Notes: generated by a model not told the origin, from the letters alone. A stretch of 64,000 nucleotides of DNA from an uncultured Candidatus Saccharibacteria bacterium (GCA_964391325.1 CAYMJM010000003.1:3211-67210); one strand, 5' to 3'. Counted from the stretch's first letter, positions 47,803 through 58,103 are shown. A program made the numbers and translations.

Positions 47803-47945
47803 AAAGTAGGATACTACAGTTTGTACTCTTAACTACTTTTCTGTTTAATAAACAGGCCTCATACCGGGTTGGACAACCGGTTACTTCAAAACTTCTGCAC
47901 CCGATTCACCACTTGTTTTAAAATGCTGCCCAGAAAGGCAGTCAT

Positions 47946-48377
47946 ATGTTAATAGGAGAATATAAAACTAAATTACAAGAAAAAAATAGGACAGCTATAC
48001 CAAAAAGATTTAGGGATGAACTGGAGGGACAACTAATAATAACTAGAGGATATGAAGGTTGTTTGATAGTTTTAGATAAAAGCAGATGGGAGAAGTTAAT
48101 AAGATTAATAGAGACTCGACCTTTAACAAATCAGGATGTTCGAAATACAAAAAGGTTTTTGGTAGGAGGGGCTGCGGAAATAGAATTTGATAAGCAAGGA
48201 AGATTTGTCTTACCGGATGTATTAGTAGAGTATGCGCACTTTGAAAATGAGTTAGTGTTCGTGGGAATAGAAAACTGGCTTGAGGTATGGGACCTGGAAA
48301 CGTGGCAAACTAAGATTGAGCAGATCACTGAGTCTGCAGCAGATATAGCTGATAGATTAAGTAGCATAGCATTATGA
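47946..48377 (+). CDS. mraZ: Transcriptional regulator MraZ
   Basis: Two tandem MraZ/SpoVT-AbrB-like repeats (IPKRFR...; LPDVL...); 143 aa; first gene of dcw-type cluster. Confidence 0.92.
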   Translation: MLIGEYKTKLQEKNRTAIPKRFRDELEGQLIITRGYEGCLIVLDKSRWEKLIRLIETRPLTNQDVRNTKRFLVGGAAEIEFDKQGRFVLPDVLVEYAHFENELVFVGIENWLEVWDLETWQTKIEQITESAADIADRLSSIAL

Positions 48378-49363
48378 ACAAAGTAACAAGGCACGTACCA
48401 GTTTTGCTAAAAGAAGTTCTTAGCACCATTTCTCCCGAGGCAGGAGGAGTGTATGTTGATGCTACCCTTGGTGGAGGAGGTCACTTTTTTTCTTTACTAA
48501 ATGCTATTCCCAAAAATACAAATCCAAGATCTGTATACATTGGTTTTGATCATGATGAGTCTGCAGTAAGGAGAATCATTAGGCAAATAGAAGTGGATTT
48601 CAAAGAGAGGTTTACTAATACTCGAGAGAATGTGTATGAGCTGACTACTCCAAGCAAGAGAGTTCTTCTAATAAACAAAAATTTTGAAACTTTAAGTGAA
48701 GAACTAGCTCTTAGTAAGATTTATAAAGTTGATGGGATTATCGCTGATTTAGGGACATCACAAGATCAGTTAGATGATTTGACAAGGGGATTCAGTTTTT
48801 TGGAGACGGGATCCTTGGATATGAGGATGGATAGTAAGTTGCAGATTAAGGCATCCGATTTATTAAAAATCTTGACACGACAGGAACTAATCAAGCTCTT
48901 TAATAATTTAGCTGACATAAAAGGGAAAGAAGGAGAATGGATTGTGGAGGAAATAATGAAAGCGAGAGAGCATGGAGACATTAAGACAACGGATGAATTG
49001 AAAAAAATAATTACCCGAGCTGTGCCTTTGAAAAGCGTTGGTTCGCGTACGAAAGGCATACGGAATAGACGTAACCTTGAGGCTAGAGTGTTTCAAGCTT
49101 TAAGAATTGCTGTTAATCATGAATTGGATTCATTACAGCAATTCCTGCCCCAAGCATTTGAAACACTCGAAGCCTTTGGTGTATTAGTGGTGATTTCTTT
49201 TCACTCTGGAGAGGACAGAATAGTGAAACACTATGTTAGATCTCTGGTAGAGCAGGAAGTAGCAGATTATGTCCATAAGTTAGTAAGACCAAGTATATCG
49301 GAGATCAAATATAATGCAAAAAGCTCTAGCGCAAGGCTTAGAGCTATCAGAAAAATTAAATAA
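48374..49363 (+). CDS. rsmH: 16S rRNA (cytosine1402-N4)-methyltransferase RsmH
   Basis: HVPVLLKEVL, DATLGGGGH SAM motif; 329 aa; ATGA overlap with mraZ. Confidence 0.92.
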   Translation: MNKVTRHVPVLLKEVLSTISPEAGGVYVDATLGGGGHFFSLLNAIPKNTNPRSVYIGFDHDESAVRRIIRQIEVDFKERFTNTRENVYELTTPSKRVLLINKNFETLSEELALSKIYKVDGIIADLGTSQDQLDDLTRGFSFLETGSLDMRMDSKLQIKASDLLKILTRQELIKLFNNLADIKGKEGEWIVEEIMKAREHGDIKTTDELKKIITRAVPLKSVGSRTKGIRNRRNLEARVFQALRIAVNHELDSLQQFLPQAFETLEAFGVLVVISFHSGEDRIVKHYVRSLVEQEVADYVHKLVRPSISEIKYNAKSSSARLRAIRKIK

Positions 49364-49415
49364 AGCACTTTTAACTATTATTCTGGTTGATTATGCAATC
49401 AGCCGTAATTGCACA

Positions 49416-49745
49416 ATGAATAGACAAACAAAAAACAGAGCACAATCTGATTATATCCAAAGACAAATTTTTATAATAGCGGCAGTTTTACTGGTTGTTT
49501 TTATAGTCGCACAATTCATAGTACTTGACTTAGCTGGTATTCATGGGCCTCAAATTACCAGGTTAAGACAGGAGCAAAACGAATTAAAAGTTTCTAATGA
49601 ATTAAAGAGAGCGAAAATAAATGAATTGAACACCAGCAATGATATTAAAAGCTACGCTTCCCAAGATTTAGGGTTGGTGTCAACCCCGGTAACTACTTTG
49701 AAAGTAAAAGAAGATAATGTAACCGCATCTATTAATGGTAACTAA
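49416..49745 (+). CDS. ftsL: FtsL-like cell division protein (septum formation initiator family)
   Basis: 110 aa: short basic N-terminus, single TM, coiled-coil (QEQNELKVSNELKRAKINELN); position between rsmH and ftsI; start moved to ATG 49416. Confidence 0.55.
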   Translation: MNRQTKNRAQSDYIQRQIFIIAAVLLVVFIVAQFIVLDLAGIHGPQITRLRQEQNELKVSNELKRAKINELNTSNDIKSYASQDLGLVSTPVTTLKVKEDNVTASINGN

Positions 49746-49789
49746 TTTAGACTGGAAGTTTTAGTGGTACAGTAATTTCAGCTATAGAT

Positions 49790-51562
49790 ATGAAAAGTTC
49801 TCTTGGTAAAGGAAAACTTAAAATATTATCCATAATATTCATAGTCTTCTTTTTGTTAAACTTGGGATTTTTGGTTAGATGGCAGGTTTTTAATCATGAG
49901 AAATTTGTTGCTTTGGCCAGAGAACGTATTATGGATAATAAGATACCTTCGATTAGAGGAGAAATTCTTGCTGCTGATGGTTCTTCTCTAGCTTACTCAG
50001 AGCCAAGATATAATGTGGTCGTATATAAGACTGAATTAGAATACGCTGAAGAGCATAGCAAACAGACTAGAGAAGAGTTTATTTCCAAAGTTGCTGGTGC
50101 TCTTGAAATAGAGAAAGAAGTATTGGAAGATAGAATTAATGTCGAAGGTAATTGGTTAGTTATAGAAAACAAAGTCTCTTATGAAGTAAAAGAACGCTTA
50201 TTGGAATTAAAAAGAGACAATGCTCCAGACAAGACATTGGACGGTATCAGATTAGAGTATACTTCTCAAAGAATTTATCCTGAAGGCGCTATGGCTTGCC
50301 ACGTTATCGGCTTCCTGGGAAAGAATGATCTAGGGGAAGATTTAGGAAGGGCTGGGTTGGAGCATTACTGGGAGGGATTACTAAAGGAGCAGGTTGGTTT
50401 TGATAATACTGAAGTAGACAGTTTCGGCAATATTATTGCCTTAGATAATGTCAATAATGTTGAAGCTAGAAGGGGAGCAACAATTTACACGACCATTGAT
50501 AAAAATCTACAGAGCATAGCTGATAGAGAAATACAAAAAGCAGTGGAAAAGTATAATGCAAAATCAGGAAGTGTAATAATTATGGATCCCAAAACAGGTA
50601 AAGTTATGGCACTATCTAATTACCCAAGCTTTAATCCCAATGAGTATCAAAAGGTACAAGATTCTATGTCGTTCAAGAATGTGGCAATTACGGATCCGGC
50701 AGAACTAGGTTCTGTAGGCAAGGCTTTTACTATGGCTGCAGCTTTAGACTTGGATAAGATTGAGCCAGATACAGTTGTGATTAAGGGACACAAGGGCTGC
50801 ACAACTGTAGAGGAGGCAGAGAGGGAGTGGGAAATCTGTACTTATGATAAAAAATCCCAGCCGGCGATGACAACGACACAAGCATTGGTTAAGTCTGATA
50901 ACCTAGCTCTCTATGAAATTTCCAAATTAATTGGACAACAAGATTTACAGGATTATTTACAAAGATTTGGTATTGGAACCCGGACAGATATTGATATCTC
51001 AGGGGAATCTAATGGTGTTTTAAAAGATGTGTCACAATGGACAAATGTTGATACAGCCACGTATTCATTTGGTCATGGTTATCAGATGACACAATTGCAG
51101 GCGATAACTGGGATAGCGGCAATTGCAAATGGAGGGGAGCTTGTCAGACCTTATATTGTATCAAAGGTTGAAGAATCTAATGGAGATACAAAAGATTATG
51201 GGCCGGTGGTTGTCAGACGAGTAATACGTCAAACTACAGCGGATAAGTTGACTAATATGTTGTATGAAGTTTATAAATCTAACATACCTGAGTATCAATA
51301 TAAAGATTTATCAAAATACAAAATAGCTATGAAATCCGGAACTGCAACCATCCCTTATAAAGACAGAGCGGGTTATTCAAAAGAGATAAATGCTTCTTAT
51401 ATTGGATTTGACGCTTCGGATAAGTCTACTTTTATAATGTTAGTAAAACTGGAAGAACCAAAAGCAGTGGAGAGACTCTCTTTTTATAGTGCGAGGGTTG
51501 TATGGCTTGACATTTTCATCCAGGTAAAAGATTATTTAGGAGTACCTGAAATCGGCGGTTAA
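49790..51562 (+). CDS. ftsI: Peptidoglycan D,D-transpeptidase (class B PBP, FtsI-like)
   Basis: N-terminal TM anchor, PBP dimerisation domain, transpeptidase motifs SVGK (SxxK), SDN, KSGT; 590 aa. Confidence 0.88.
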   Translation: MKSSLGKGKLKILSIIFIVFFLLNLGFLVRWQVFNHEKFVALARERIMDNKIPSIRGEILAADGSSLAYSEPRYNVVVYKTELEYAEEHSKQTREEFISKVAGALEIEKEVLEDRINVEGNWLVIENKVSYEVKERLLELKRDNAPDKTLDGIRLEYTSQRIYPEGAMACHVIGFLGKNDLGEDLGRAGLEHYWEGLLKEQVGFDNTEVDSFGNIIALDNVNNVEARRGATIYTTIDKNLQSIADREIQKAVEKYNAKSGSVIIMDPKTGKVMALSNYPSFNPNEYQKVQDSMSFKNVAITDPAELGSVGKAFTMAAALDLDKIEPDTVVIKGHKGCTTVEEAEREWEICTYDKKSQPAMTTTQALVKSDNLALYEISKLIGQQDLQDYLQRFGIGTRTDIDISGESNGVLKDVSQWTNVDTATYSFGHGYQMTQLQAITGIAAIANGGELVRPYIVSKVEESNGDTKDYGPVVVRRVIRQTTADKLTNMLYEVYKSNIPEYQYKDLSKYKIAMKSGTATIPYKDRAGYSKEINASYIGFDASDKSTFIMLVKLEEPKAVERLSFYSARVVWLDIFIQVKDYLGVPEIGG

Positions 51563-51574
51563 GCTCATGTCATC

Positions 51575-52741
51575 ATGACTAAGAAAGAGTATTTATCATG
51601 GCTTGCGAACATCTTTTATTGGTATACCAGATATTTGAGTAATCGTTCCGCAGCAAAAGAAGCCAGATTATCCAGTCAAAATTTTCTCTCTAGGCATAGG
51701 AAGGTTTTCGAACGTATTGAGATAGGATGTTCCTTGTCGCCAGAAGAGTTAGTGGCGAAGGGTTTCGACACAAAAGATATTATAAAGATAATTGATTTTA
51801 TATACGACTCCCTAGGGATTAGAGACGTAAGATTTGGGATACGGTGGAGCGAAGCAGTAAATGCCAAAGGTGAAGTGGACTTGAGCTTTTATAAGCCTTA
51901 TTTAAAACATTTACTGTCGGGGAAATTCTCAATTTGTTTGAATGTAGGGCCAATTAAAACTTTTCGTTGGCCGGAGCAGCATGTGCCCCAACAAATACTA
52001 AGATCGCTTAAAGATTTACCTGACAAAGGCACATGCTTAGAGCAGAAAGATCCCCTAATAGAATATGCCTTAGATTATTTACGGAACTTGGTTGAGAGCT
52101 TGAAGCAAAATTTTTCTGCGCAAGAGCTCAATTATGTTACATGTATTCAGCCCGAAAATGAACCACTAAAGCAGTTCGGAGAATATGGATGGTTGTTAAA
52201 CCCGGAATATTTGAAAAATCTCATTCTATATTTTCATAAAGTTTTTCCTAATCGTAGTTACATGTTAAGTAGTTCTGGATGCTTACAAGCTACAAAAATA
52301 CAAACCATTTTTAGTGAAATAATTAGAAATGTTTCTACTCTATTCAGTCAGTTGGTTATGGGAATAAACTATTATTATGAGTTTCCCGGAAAGTCTACTT
52401 TACCAGTTTTTAAAGAGTTTGATGATATTCTCTTTTCCCAGAAGAAAAGAAACTTATGTAAAGAGAATATAGAGTTTTCTGAGAGTATTGGCTACAAAAT
52501 CGAAGTTGCAGAAGCACAAATGGAAGGATGGGGTACAAATATTCAAACCCCTGGCAATTCAATAAGAGAATTTCGATATGTTATTTTAAGATGTGCAAGT
52601 CACTTATTGAATCTAAAACAAGTTATGTCTATTATTAGAGTATGGGGAATAGAAAATCTTGCAGTGGCTTGGATACGGGGTAATTTGAATAAAGACCAGA
52701 AAAAGATAATTTATTTAATAAAAGAGATTAATAATATATAG
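51575..52741 (+). CDS. Hypothetical protein, possible clan GH-A TIM-barrel glycoside hydrolase-like
   Basis: 388 aa; IQPENEPL resembles the GH-A acid/base NEP strand motif; otherwise unrecognised; embedded in dcw cluster. Confidence 0.45.
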   Translation: MTKKEYLSWLANIFYWYTRYLSNRSAAKEARLSSQNFLSRHRKVFERIEIGCSLSPEELVAKGFDTKDIIKIIDFIYDSLGIRDVRFGIRWSEAVNAKGEVDLSFYKPYLKHLLSGKFSICLNVGPIKTFRWPEQHVPQQILRSLKDLPDKGTCLEQKDPLIEYALDYLRNLVESLKQNFSAQELNYVTCIQPENEPLKQFGEYGWLLNPEYLKNLILYFHKVFPNRSYMLSSSGCLQATKIQTIFSEIIRNVSTLFSQLVMGINYYYEFPGKSTLPVFKEFDDILFSQKKRNLCKENIEFSESIGYKIEVAEAQMEGWGTNIQTPGNSIREFRYVILRCASHLLNLKQVMSIIRVWGIENLAVAWIRGNLNKDQKKIIYLIKEINNI

Positions 52742-52823
52742 TATAAAGCAATTGGTGATGTTATATTGAAAGTAGCGTTAGTAGATTACCGTTCTCTAGT
52801 TACTAATTTTTATATACATTGTA

Positions 52824-54107
52824 ATGTCTTCTTATAAAGTCGTAGGCGGTAGGCCTTTGAAAGGAACAATTACTCCTATGGGTAATAAAAATGCCGCATT
52901 GCCCATAATCGCTGCAACTATGCTCACAAGCGAGAAAGTAACACTGACGAATGTTCCTGATATCTCTGACGTGAGAATACAATTTAAGATTTTAAAGAAG
53001 TTAGGGGTAGATGTAGAATACAATCGTCAGGCAAACAAAGCAGTAATTCATGCCAAGAAGCTTAAGACTACTAAACTTGACAAGCAGGATGTATTAAAAA
53101 CTAGAGGTTCCATTTTATTTTTAGGACCGTTAATTGCACGGGCAGGGAAAGCGACACTGTGGTCAACTGGTGGCTGTAGCTTAGGGAAAAGACCAGTTGA
53201 TAGTTATTTCCAGGCAATATCAAAGCTGGGAGCTAAAGTCCGCTACGAAGGAGATTCTTTTGTCGTGGATGCGCCTAAATTAAAGGGAACGAAAGTATGG
53301 CAGGCTGAAAAAGCTGTAACAGGAACAGAGAATTTAATCATGGCTGCAGTTCTGGCAAAAGGGACTACTGAAATTATTAATGCAGCATCCGAACCACATG
53401 TTCAAGATTTATGTAACATGCTAAATTCAATGGGTGCTAAAATCACAGGGGTAGGAAGCGATAGATTACTTATTGAAGGGGTAGAAATACTATATGGCAC
53501 AGAACATAGGATAAATAATGACTTCATGGAGGTTGGGACATTTATTACAGCTGCTGTAGTTACAGGTGGAAGTCTCCGTATAGAGAATGCCATGCCGGAA
53601 TACATGGATATGATACTTAATGAGTTTGCAAAATTTGGAGTGAAAACGAAGTGGGATGGCGATACTCTTGTAGTTTCTGACAATCAAAGTCTTAAAACTA
53701 AGGCTTGCTTAGATGGGTCAATGAACAAAGTAGAGTGCCTGCCGTGGCCAGGCTTCCCTCCTGACTTACTGCAGTTTATGATTGTTTTGGCAACTCAAAG
53801 CAGTGGAAGAATTTTGATACATGACAAATTATATGAAGGCAGGCTGTTTTATACCTCAGAATTAAACAACATGGGGGCTGACATATTTCTTTCAGACCCA
53901 CATAGGTTAATTGTTTTTGGTAAAACCCCCCTTAGAGGTAAAGTGCTTAAATCTCCCGATATCCGTGCAGGAATGTCTTTGCTGGTAGCCGCTTTATGTG
54001 CTAGAGGAGAAAGCATAATTGAGCGGGGAGAAATCATTGAGAGAGGATATAGTAATATTGAGGAACGATTTAAAAGTCTAGGGGCTAATATAGAGAGGCT
54101 AGACTAA
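52824..54107 (+). CDS. murA: UDP-N-acetylglucosamine 1-carboxyvinyltransferase
   Basis: N-terminal KVVGGRPLKGTITPMGNKNAALPI, catalytic-loop Cys (GGCSLGKRPVD), 427 aa. Confidence 0.93.
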   Translation: MSSYKVVGGRPLKGTITPMGNKNAALPIIAATMLTSEKVTLTNVPDISDVRIQFKILKKLGVDVEYNRQANKAVIHAKKLKTTKLDKQDVLKTRGSILFLGPLIARAGKATLWSTGGCSLGKRPVDSYFQAISKLGAKVRYEGDSFVVDAPKLKGTKVWQAEKAVTGTENLIMAAVLAKGTTEIINAASEPHVQDLCNMLNSMGAKITGVGSDRLLIEGVEILYGTEHRINNDFMEVGTFITAAVVTGGSLRIENAMPEYMDMILNEFAKFGVKTKWDGDTLVVSDNQSLKTKACLDGSMNKVECLPWPGFPPDLLQFMIVLATQSSGRILIHDKLYEGRLFYTSELNNMGADIFLSDPHRLIVFGKTPLRGKVLKSPDIRAGMSLLVAALCARGESIIERGEIIERGYSNIEERFKSLGANIERLD

Positions 54108-54153
54108 TTATCTGAGATGACATTCTTCTTGATATTTGCTATAAATAGAACAG

Positions 54154-54930
54154 ATGAACATTCCTAGAAAAATTTTAAAACAAGTTTTGACAGTATTGTC
54201 TAGATGGGCTATTGCCAAGCATGACATGGAATTGATTGTAGTTACGGGCTTTTATGGAACAGAAATTGTAAGAGAAGGGATATACGAGCTTTTGAGTGAG
54301 ACTTATACTGTCAGAAGGAACACTACTCAAATCGTGTGGGATATGTCAATTCCCCTAGCTGTATTAGGTTATCCAGATAAGAAGAGAAATTTATTTCAAT
54401 GGATCGGTTTGATTATCCGGGCTACGGCGTATTTGGCAATTGGAGGTAAAAATCCCCATAAATTGATCCTCAATGCTAACTGTACATTTGAGGAAACAGC
54501 ACATTTTTGGGCTGCGTTTTTGAGGCCGGATTATCTGATAGTTTTAAACTATGACAAAGATTCAAAAATCGTTGATGCTTTAGTGGGAAGATTAAAACCA
54601 GAAAAAAGTATTTTAATCTATGACAAGGATAATGTTGACTTTGAAAAATTAAACAAAGCAAAATATAAAGATACTTTTGTTTATGGGAAAAACAAGGTTG
54701 CTTTAGTTTACAACGTTCAGCTTCGGGAAATAACCTATAAGGAAGAAGTCTTAAAGATCCCTGATGCCGTTCCAAAAGTTACGATACCTCATATTGCAGC
54801 TATTTTTGCTGTGGTCATTAAGCAGGGAATACAATTCTCTGAAGCTGGATTTGGCGCTCTTAAATTTGATATGGGTGCTCTTTTAGTTAAGCGGATTAAA
54901 GCCAACTTTGAAAAAGCAGGAACTAACTAA
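54154..54930 (+). CDS. Mur ligase-like protein with degenerate P-loop (MurF-like central domain, truncated)
   Basis: ELIVVTGFYGTEIVRE aligns to the Mur ligase ITGTNGKTTT P-loop but lacks the GK(T/S); downstream spacing of conserved hydrophobic blocks resembles MurF central domain; 258 aa, no C-terminal domain. Confidence 0.45.
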   Translation: MNIPRKILKQVLTVLSRWAIAKHDMELIVVTGFYGTEIVREGIYELLSETYTVRRNTTQIVWDMSIPLAVLGYPDKKRNLFQWIGLIIRATAYLAIGGKNPHKLILNANCTFEETAHFWAAFLRPDYLIVLNYDKDSKIVDALVGRLKPEKSILIYDKDNVDFEKLNKAKYKDTFVYGKNKVALVYNVQLREITYKEEVLKIPDAVPKVTIPHIAAIFAVVIKQGIQFSEAGFGALKFDMGALLVKRIKANFEKAGTN

Positions 54931-55477
54931 AAAACAGCAAAAGGTGATTTTTTCCAAAGATAAAATTACCAAAAAGGATTTTGATACTTTGTATGAAATA
55001 TACTATAAGAAAGTATATGATTTTACTTTGAAGCGTGTTTCGGATTCACATATAGCTGAAGATCTAACAAGCTCCATTTTTGAGAAAATCGTAAAGTCTA
55101 TAGATGACTTCCAGTGGCAAGGCATTACGATAAGTGCATGGATTTTTAGGATAGCGAGGAATAGAATTATTGATTATTATCGTAAGAGCAACAAGTATAA
55201 AGGGAATGTCTCTTTGGAAGAGGTTTCCAACTTTATAGAATCAAAAGTACAGAGTACTATGGAGATAATGATTGATGATGAAATACAGATTAAGCTTTAT
55301 AACGCAATACGAGAATTCAGGGATGAAGATCAATATTTAATTTATTATAAATACTTCGAGGGGTTAAATAATAAAAAGATAGCGGAAATGATGAAGATGT
55401 CTGAGACAAATATTGGGACAAGGTTACATAGAATACGGAAAAAGCTAAGAAAGTATTTGCAAGAAACAGAAAATTAA
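54908..55477 (+). CDS. RNA polymerase sigma factor, sigma-70/ECF-like (regions 2 and 4)
   Basis: Region 2 (SIFEKIVKSIDDF...ISAWIFRIARNRIIDYYRK) and region 4 HTH (NKKIAEMMKMSETNIGTRLHRIRKKL). Track start is a TTG overlapping the upstream gene by 23 nt; in-frame GTG at 54944 is an alternative. Confidence 0.8.
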   Translation: MKKQELTKKQQKVIFSKDKITKKDFDTLYEIYYKKVYDFTLKRVSDSHIAEDLTSSIFEKIVKSIDDFQWQGITISAWIFRIARNRIIDYYRKSNKYKGNVSLEEVSNFIESKVQSTMEIMIDDEIQIKLYNAIREFRDEDQYLIYYKYFEGLNNKKIAEMMKMSETNIGTRLHRIRKKLRKYLQETEN

Positions 55478-55483
55478 ATCATC

Positions 55484-56842
55484 ATGATGTTAAGGAGATT
55501 TAAAAACTTTTACCATAAATTCCAAGCTCTTTTGGCCAATATTTATTACTTATTTCCTTCAAGAAAGTTAAAAATTATAGGGGTAACTGGTACGGATGGT
55601 AAGACAACGACTGTTGCGATGATCTATCATGTATTGAAAGTGGCAAAAGTAAAAGTAGGAATGATAAGTACAATTGAAGTTCTTATTGGTAATAAGTCTT
55701 ACGATTCCGGTTTTCATGTAACTACGCCAGAGCCTTGGCAATTGCCTAAGTACTTACACTTAATGCGTAAAGAGGGAGTGAAATTTGTAATTATTGAAGC
55801 AACTTCTAATGGGTTAGAACAAAATCGTTTGTTTGGGATTAAGTTTGATTCCTCAGCTATAACTAATATTAAAGAAGATCACCTTGATTACCATCACACA
55901 TGGGAAAATTATGCTGAAGCTAAGTTTAGGCTGTTACAGCAGACCAAGGATCATGGGTTAGCTGTAATGAATTTGGATGACTCAAAAGCTGCAAAATGGC
56001 TACAAAGAGAATCGCGGATTTTACCACAAACACTTTATGCTAAATGGGTAACAAAAAAGTCATTACAAAATAAGCAACTTACGCGTGAAGGCATAAAGTT
56101 TGACTATAAAGGCGTGAACTTCAGAGTACCAATTTTGGGTGATTATAATTTTGAGAATGTGTTGCAGGTGATTGGTGTTTGTGAAAGATACTTAGATCTG
56201 GAAAATATACGAGAAGCTCTGCTTTCTTTTAATAGTCCGGAAGGAAGAATGCAATTGATGCAGGTTGAGCCGTTTGTAGTAATAGTAGATTTTGCTCATA
56301 CTCCCGAAGCCCTGAGGAAAGCACTTCAGTCAGTTGAAAAATTAAAGCGTGCTAAAAAGAATCGAATTATTACTGTTTTTGGTTGTGCTGGTCAAAGAGA
56401 TAAGGGTAGGCGCAGGATGGGAGAGATTAGCGCACAGTATTCTGATATTACAATTCTAACCGCAGAAGACCCTCGTGATGAAGAATTGGGTGATATCAAC
56501 AATGAAGTTTTCAGTTATGCAGAAAAGAAAAACGGAGTTTTAGTCGAACGATTTACGAATCATGATGCTTATGGCATTAGAGATCTCAAGGATATTAAAG
56601 CAAAAGTTGCCCTAGTAGTAAAAAATCAGGATAAACCGTTTTTAGCTTTTGATGAGAATTCTATAAGAAGTCGTGAAGATGCAATTGAGCTAGCCTTGAG
56701 ACTTGCTAATTCTGATGATATTGTATTTATTACTGGAAAAGGTCATGAAAAAAGCATGGCCTTTGGTAAACAGTTAAAAGAATATGCCTGGTCTGATCAG
56801 AAAGTAGTAAACAGAAAGCTAAAGAAAGTTCTTAAGTCATAA
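55484..56842 (+). CDS. murE: UDP-N-acetylmuramoyl-tripeptide synthetase (MurE-type Mur ligase)
   Basis: P-loop GVTGTDGKTTT, TTPE, NIKEDHLDYH motif, C-terminal FITGKGHE; 452 aa. Confidence 0.8.
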   Translation: MMLRRFKNFYHKFQALLANIYYLFPSRKLKIIGVTGTDGKTTTVAMIYHVLKVAKVKVGMISTIEVLIGNKSYDSGFHVTTPEPWQLPKYLHLMRKEGVKFVIIEATSNGLEQNRLFGIKFDSSAITNIKEDHLDYHHTWENYAEAKFRLLQQTKDHGLAVMNLDDSKAAKWLQRESRILPQTLYAKWVTKKSLQNKQLTREGIKFDYKGVNFRVPILGDYNFENVLQVIGVCERYLDLENIREALLSFNSPEGRMQLMQVEPFVVIVDFAHTPEALRKALQSVEKLKRAKKNRIITVFGCAGQRDKGRRRMGEISAQYSDITILTAEDPRDEELGDINNEVFSYAEKKNGVLVERFTNHDAYGIRDLKDIKAKVALVVKNQDKPFLAFDENSIRSREDAIELALRLANSDDIVFITGKGHEKSMAFGKQLKEYAWSDQKVVNRKLKKVLKS

Positions 56843-58099
56843 GGTATGAAACCGCATTTCAGGCGTCTCAATATTCAGTTCAGATTCTTTGGCCTTTTCA
56901 TACAGTATATCAGCAGATCTAATAGTAAAATTTCCGAAACGGCTATTTATTTGATCTAATGCTTTGTCAAGTGTTAGAGTTCTAGTTTGTTGGAGATCTT
57001 CAAAACTGATCATATCAGGGGTTGTTAAGTTTCCCACTCCGACAACCAATTGTCTTATTCTTGTCTGCTCAAGGTTCACTTCTCCTAAAATATGTTTGCA
57101 GACCTGATATATCGTGTATCCGTTATTGGTATTGCCTGGCAAGTGTTTACTCCTATGGAACCATCCTCCTGCTCCCCAGCCATAATTAGATGAATTTTCC
57201 GGTACAAGGTTTAAATATACAGTTCTGCATTTTTGCCTGTGTTTTCTTAGTCTTATCGCGATACGTTCAATCAGTTTTCGCGCTAGCTTTTGTAGGCTAG
57301 AAATATTATTTGTTGCTTGATCTAGTGTGTGTGCGTGTTGCATGCTTTGAGCAGGTTTAGACGGTGCATATTTAATAGGCTCAAAATGATAGCCATGTAG
57401 AAGGGATTTTAAGCGTAGGTAGTAACCGCCTACTATAGTATACAATTCTTTGTCAGAAAGTGCTTTTAAGTCTCTTACCTTATAAATACCTCTACTATAC
57501 ATTTTTTTTGTGATTCGGCGTCCTATACCCCATATATCCTCTAGAAGCATTGGGTCTAGGTACTTGGCTCTTTCTTCCCAAGCGATAACAGATAGTCCGT
57601 CGGGTTTGTCATAGTTGGAGGCAACTTTTGCAAGCAATTTATTATTTCCAAGACCTATTGAGCAAGTAAAAGTTACTCCAAGTCCATCTATGATAGATTG
57701 TTTTATATTATATTCTATCTCTTCCAGTTCATATAAATCTTTGTCAGTCATAGTTAAATCTAAAAAAGCCTCGTCTATGCTATACACTTCTATTAAGGGA
57801 GAGTATTTTTTAAGTAGATCTATAAATTTAGTATGAAGTTCGTAATATTTAATATGATCAATATTGGCTAACTCAAATGTTGGGTCTATTTGTTTTGCTT
57901 CATTATATCTGGTACTCAGTCCGATGCCTTGTTTCTTTGCAGGATAAGAGGCTGCAATTATAGCTGATCCCCAATAGGCTCTTCTCCCTACTCCCATTGA
58001 TTTATTCCTCAAAAAGGGATTAGCCTGTTGTTCAGCAGAAGCGAAGAAGGAGTTAAGATCTATATGCATGATTTTGTTTGTTGGTTTAGGGATATTCAT
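56837..58099 (-). CDS. dinB: Y-family DNA polymerase (DinB/Pol IV-like)
   Basis: N-terminal HIDLNSFFASAE, SIDEAFLDLT catalytic motifs; 420 aa. Confidence 0.85.
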   Translation of the reverse strand: MNIPKPTNKIMHIDLNSFFASAEQQANPFLRNKSMGVGRRAYWGSAIIAASYPAKKQGIGLSTRYNEAKQIDPTFELANIDHIKYYELHTKFIDLLKKYSPLIEVYSIDEAFLDLTMTDKDLYELEEIEYNIKQSIIDGLGVTFTCSIGLGNNKLLAKVASNYDKPDGLSVIAWEERAKYLDPMLLEDIWGIGRRITKKMYSRGIYKVRDLKALSDKELYTIVGGYYLRLKSLLHGYHFEPIKYAPSKPAQSMQHAHTLDQATNNISSLQKLARKLIERIAIRLRKHRQKCRTVYLNLVPENSSNYGWGAGGWFHRSKHLPGNTNNGYTIYQVCKHILGEVNLEQTRIRQLVVGVGNLTTPDMISFEDLQQTRTLTLDKALDQINSRFGNFTIRSADILYEKAKESELNIETPEMRFHTL

Positions 58100-58103
58100 A
58101 TAT

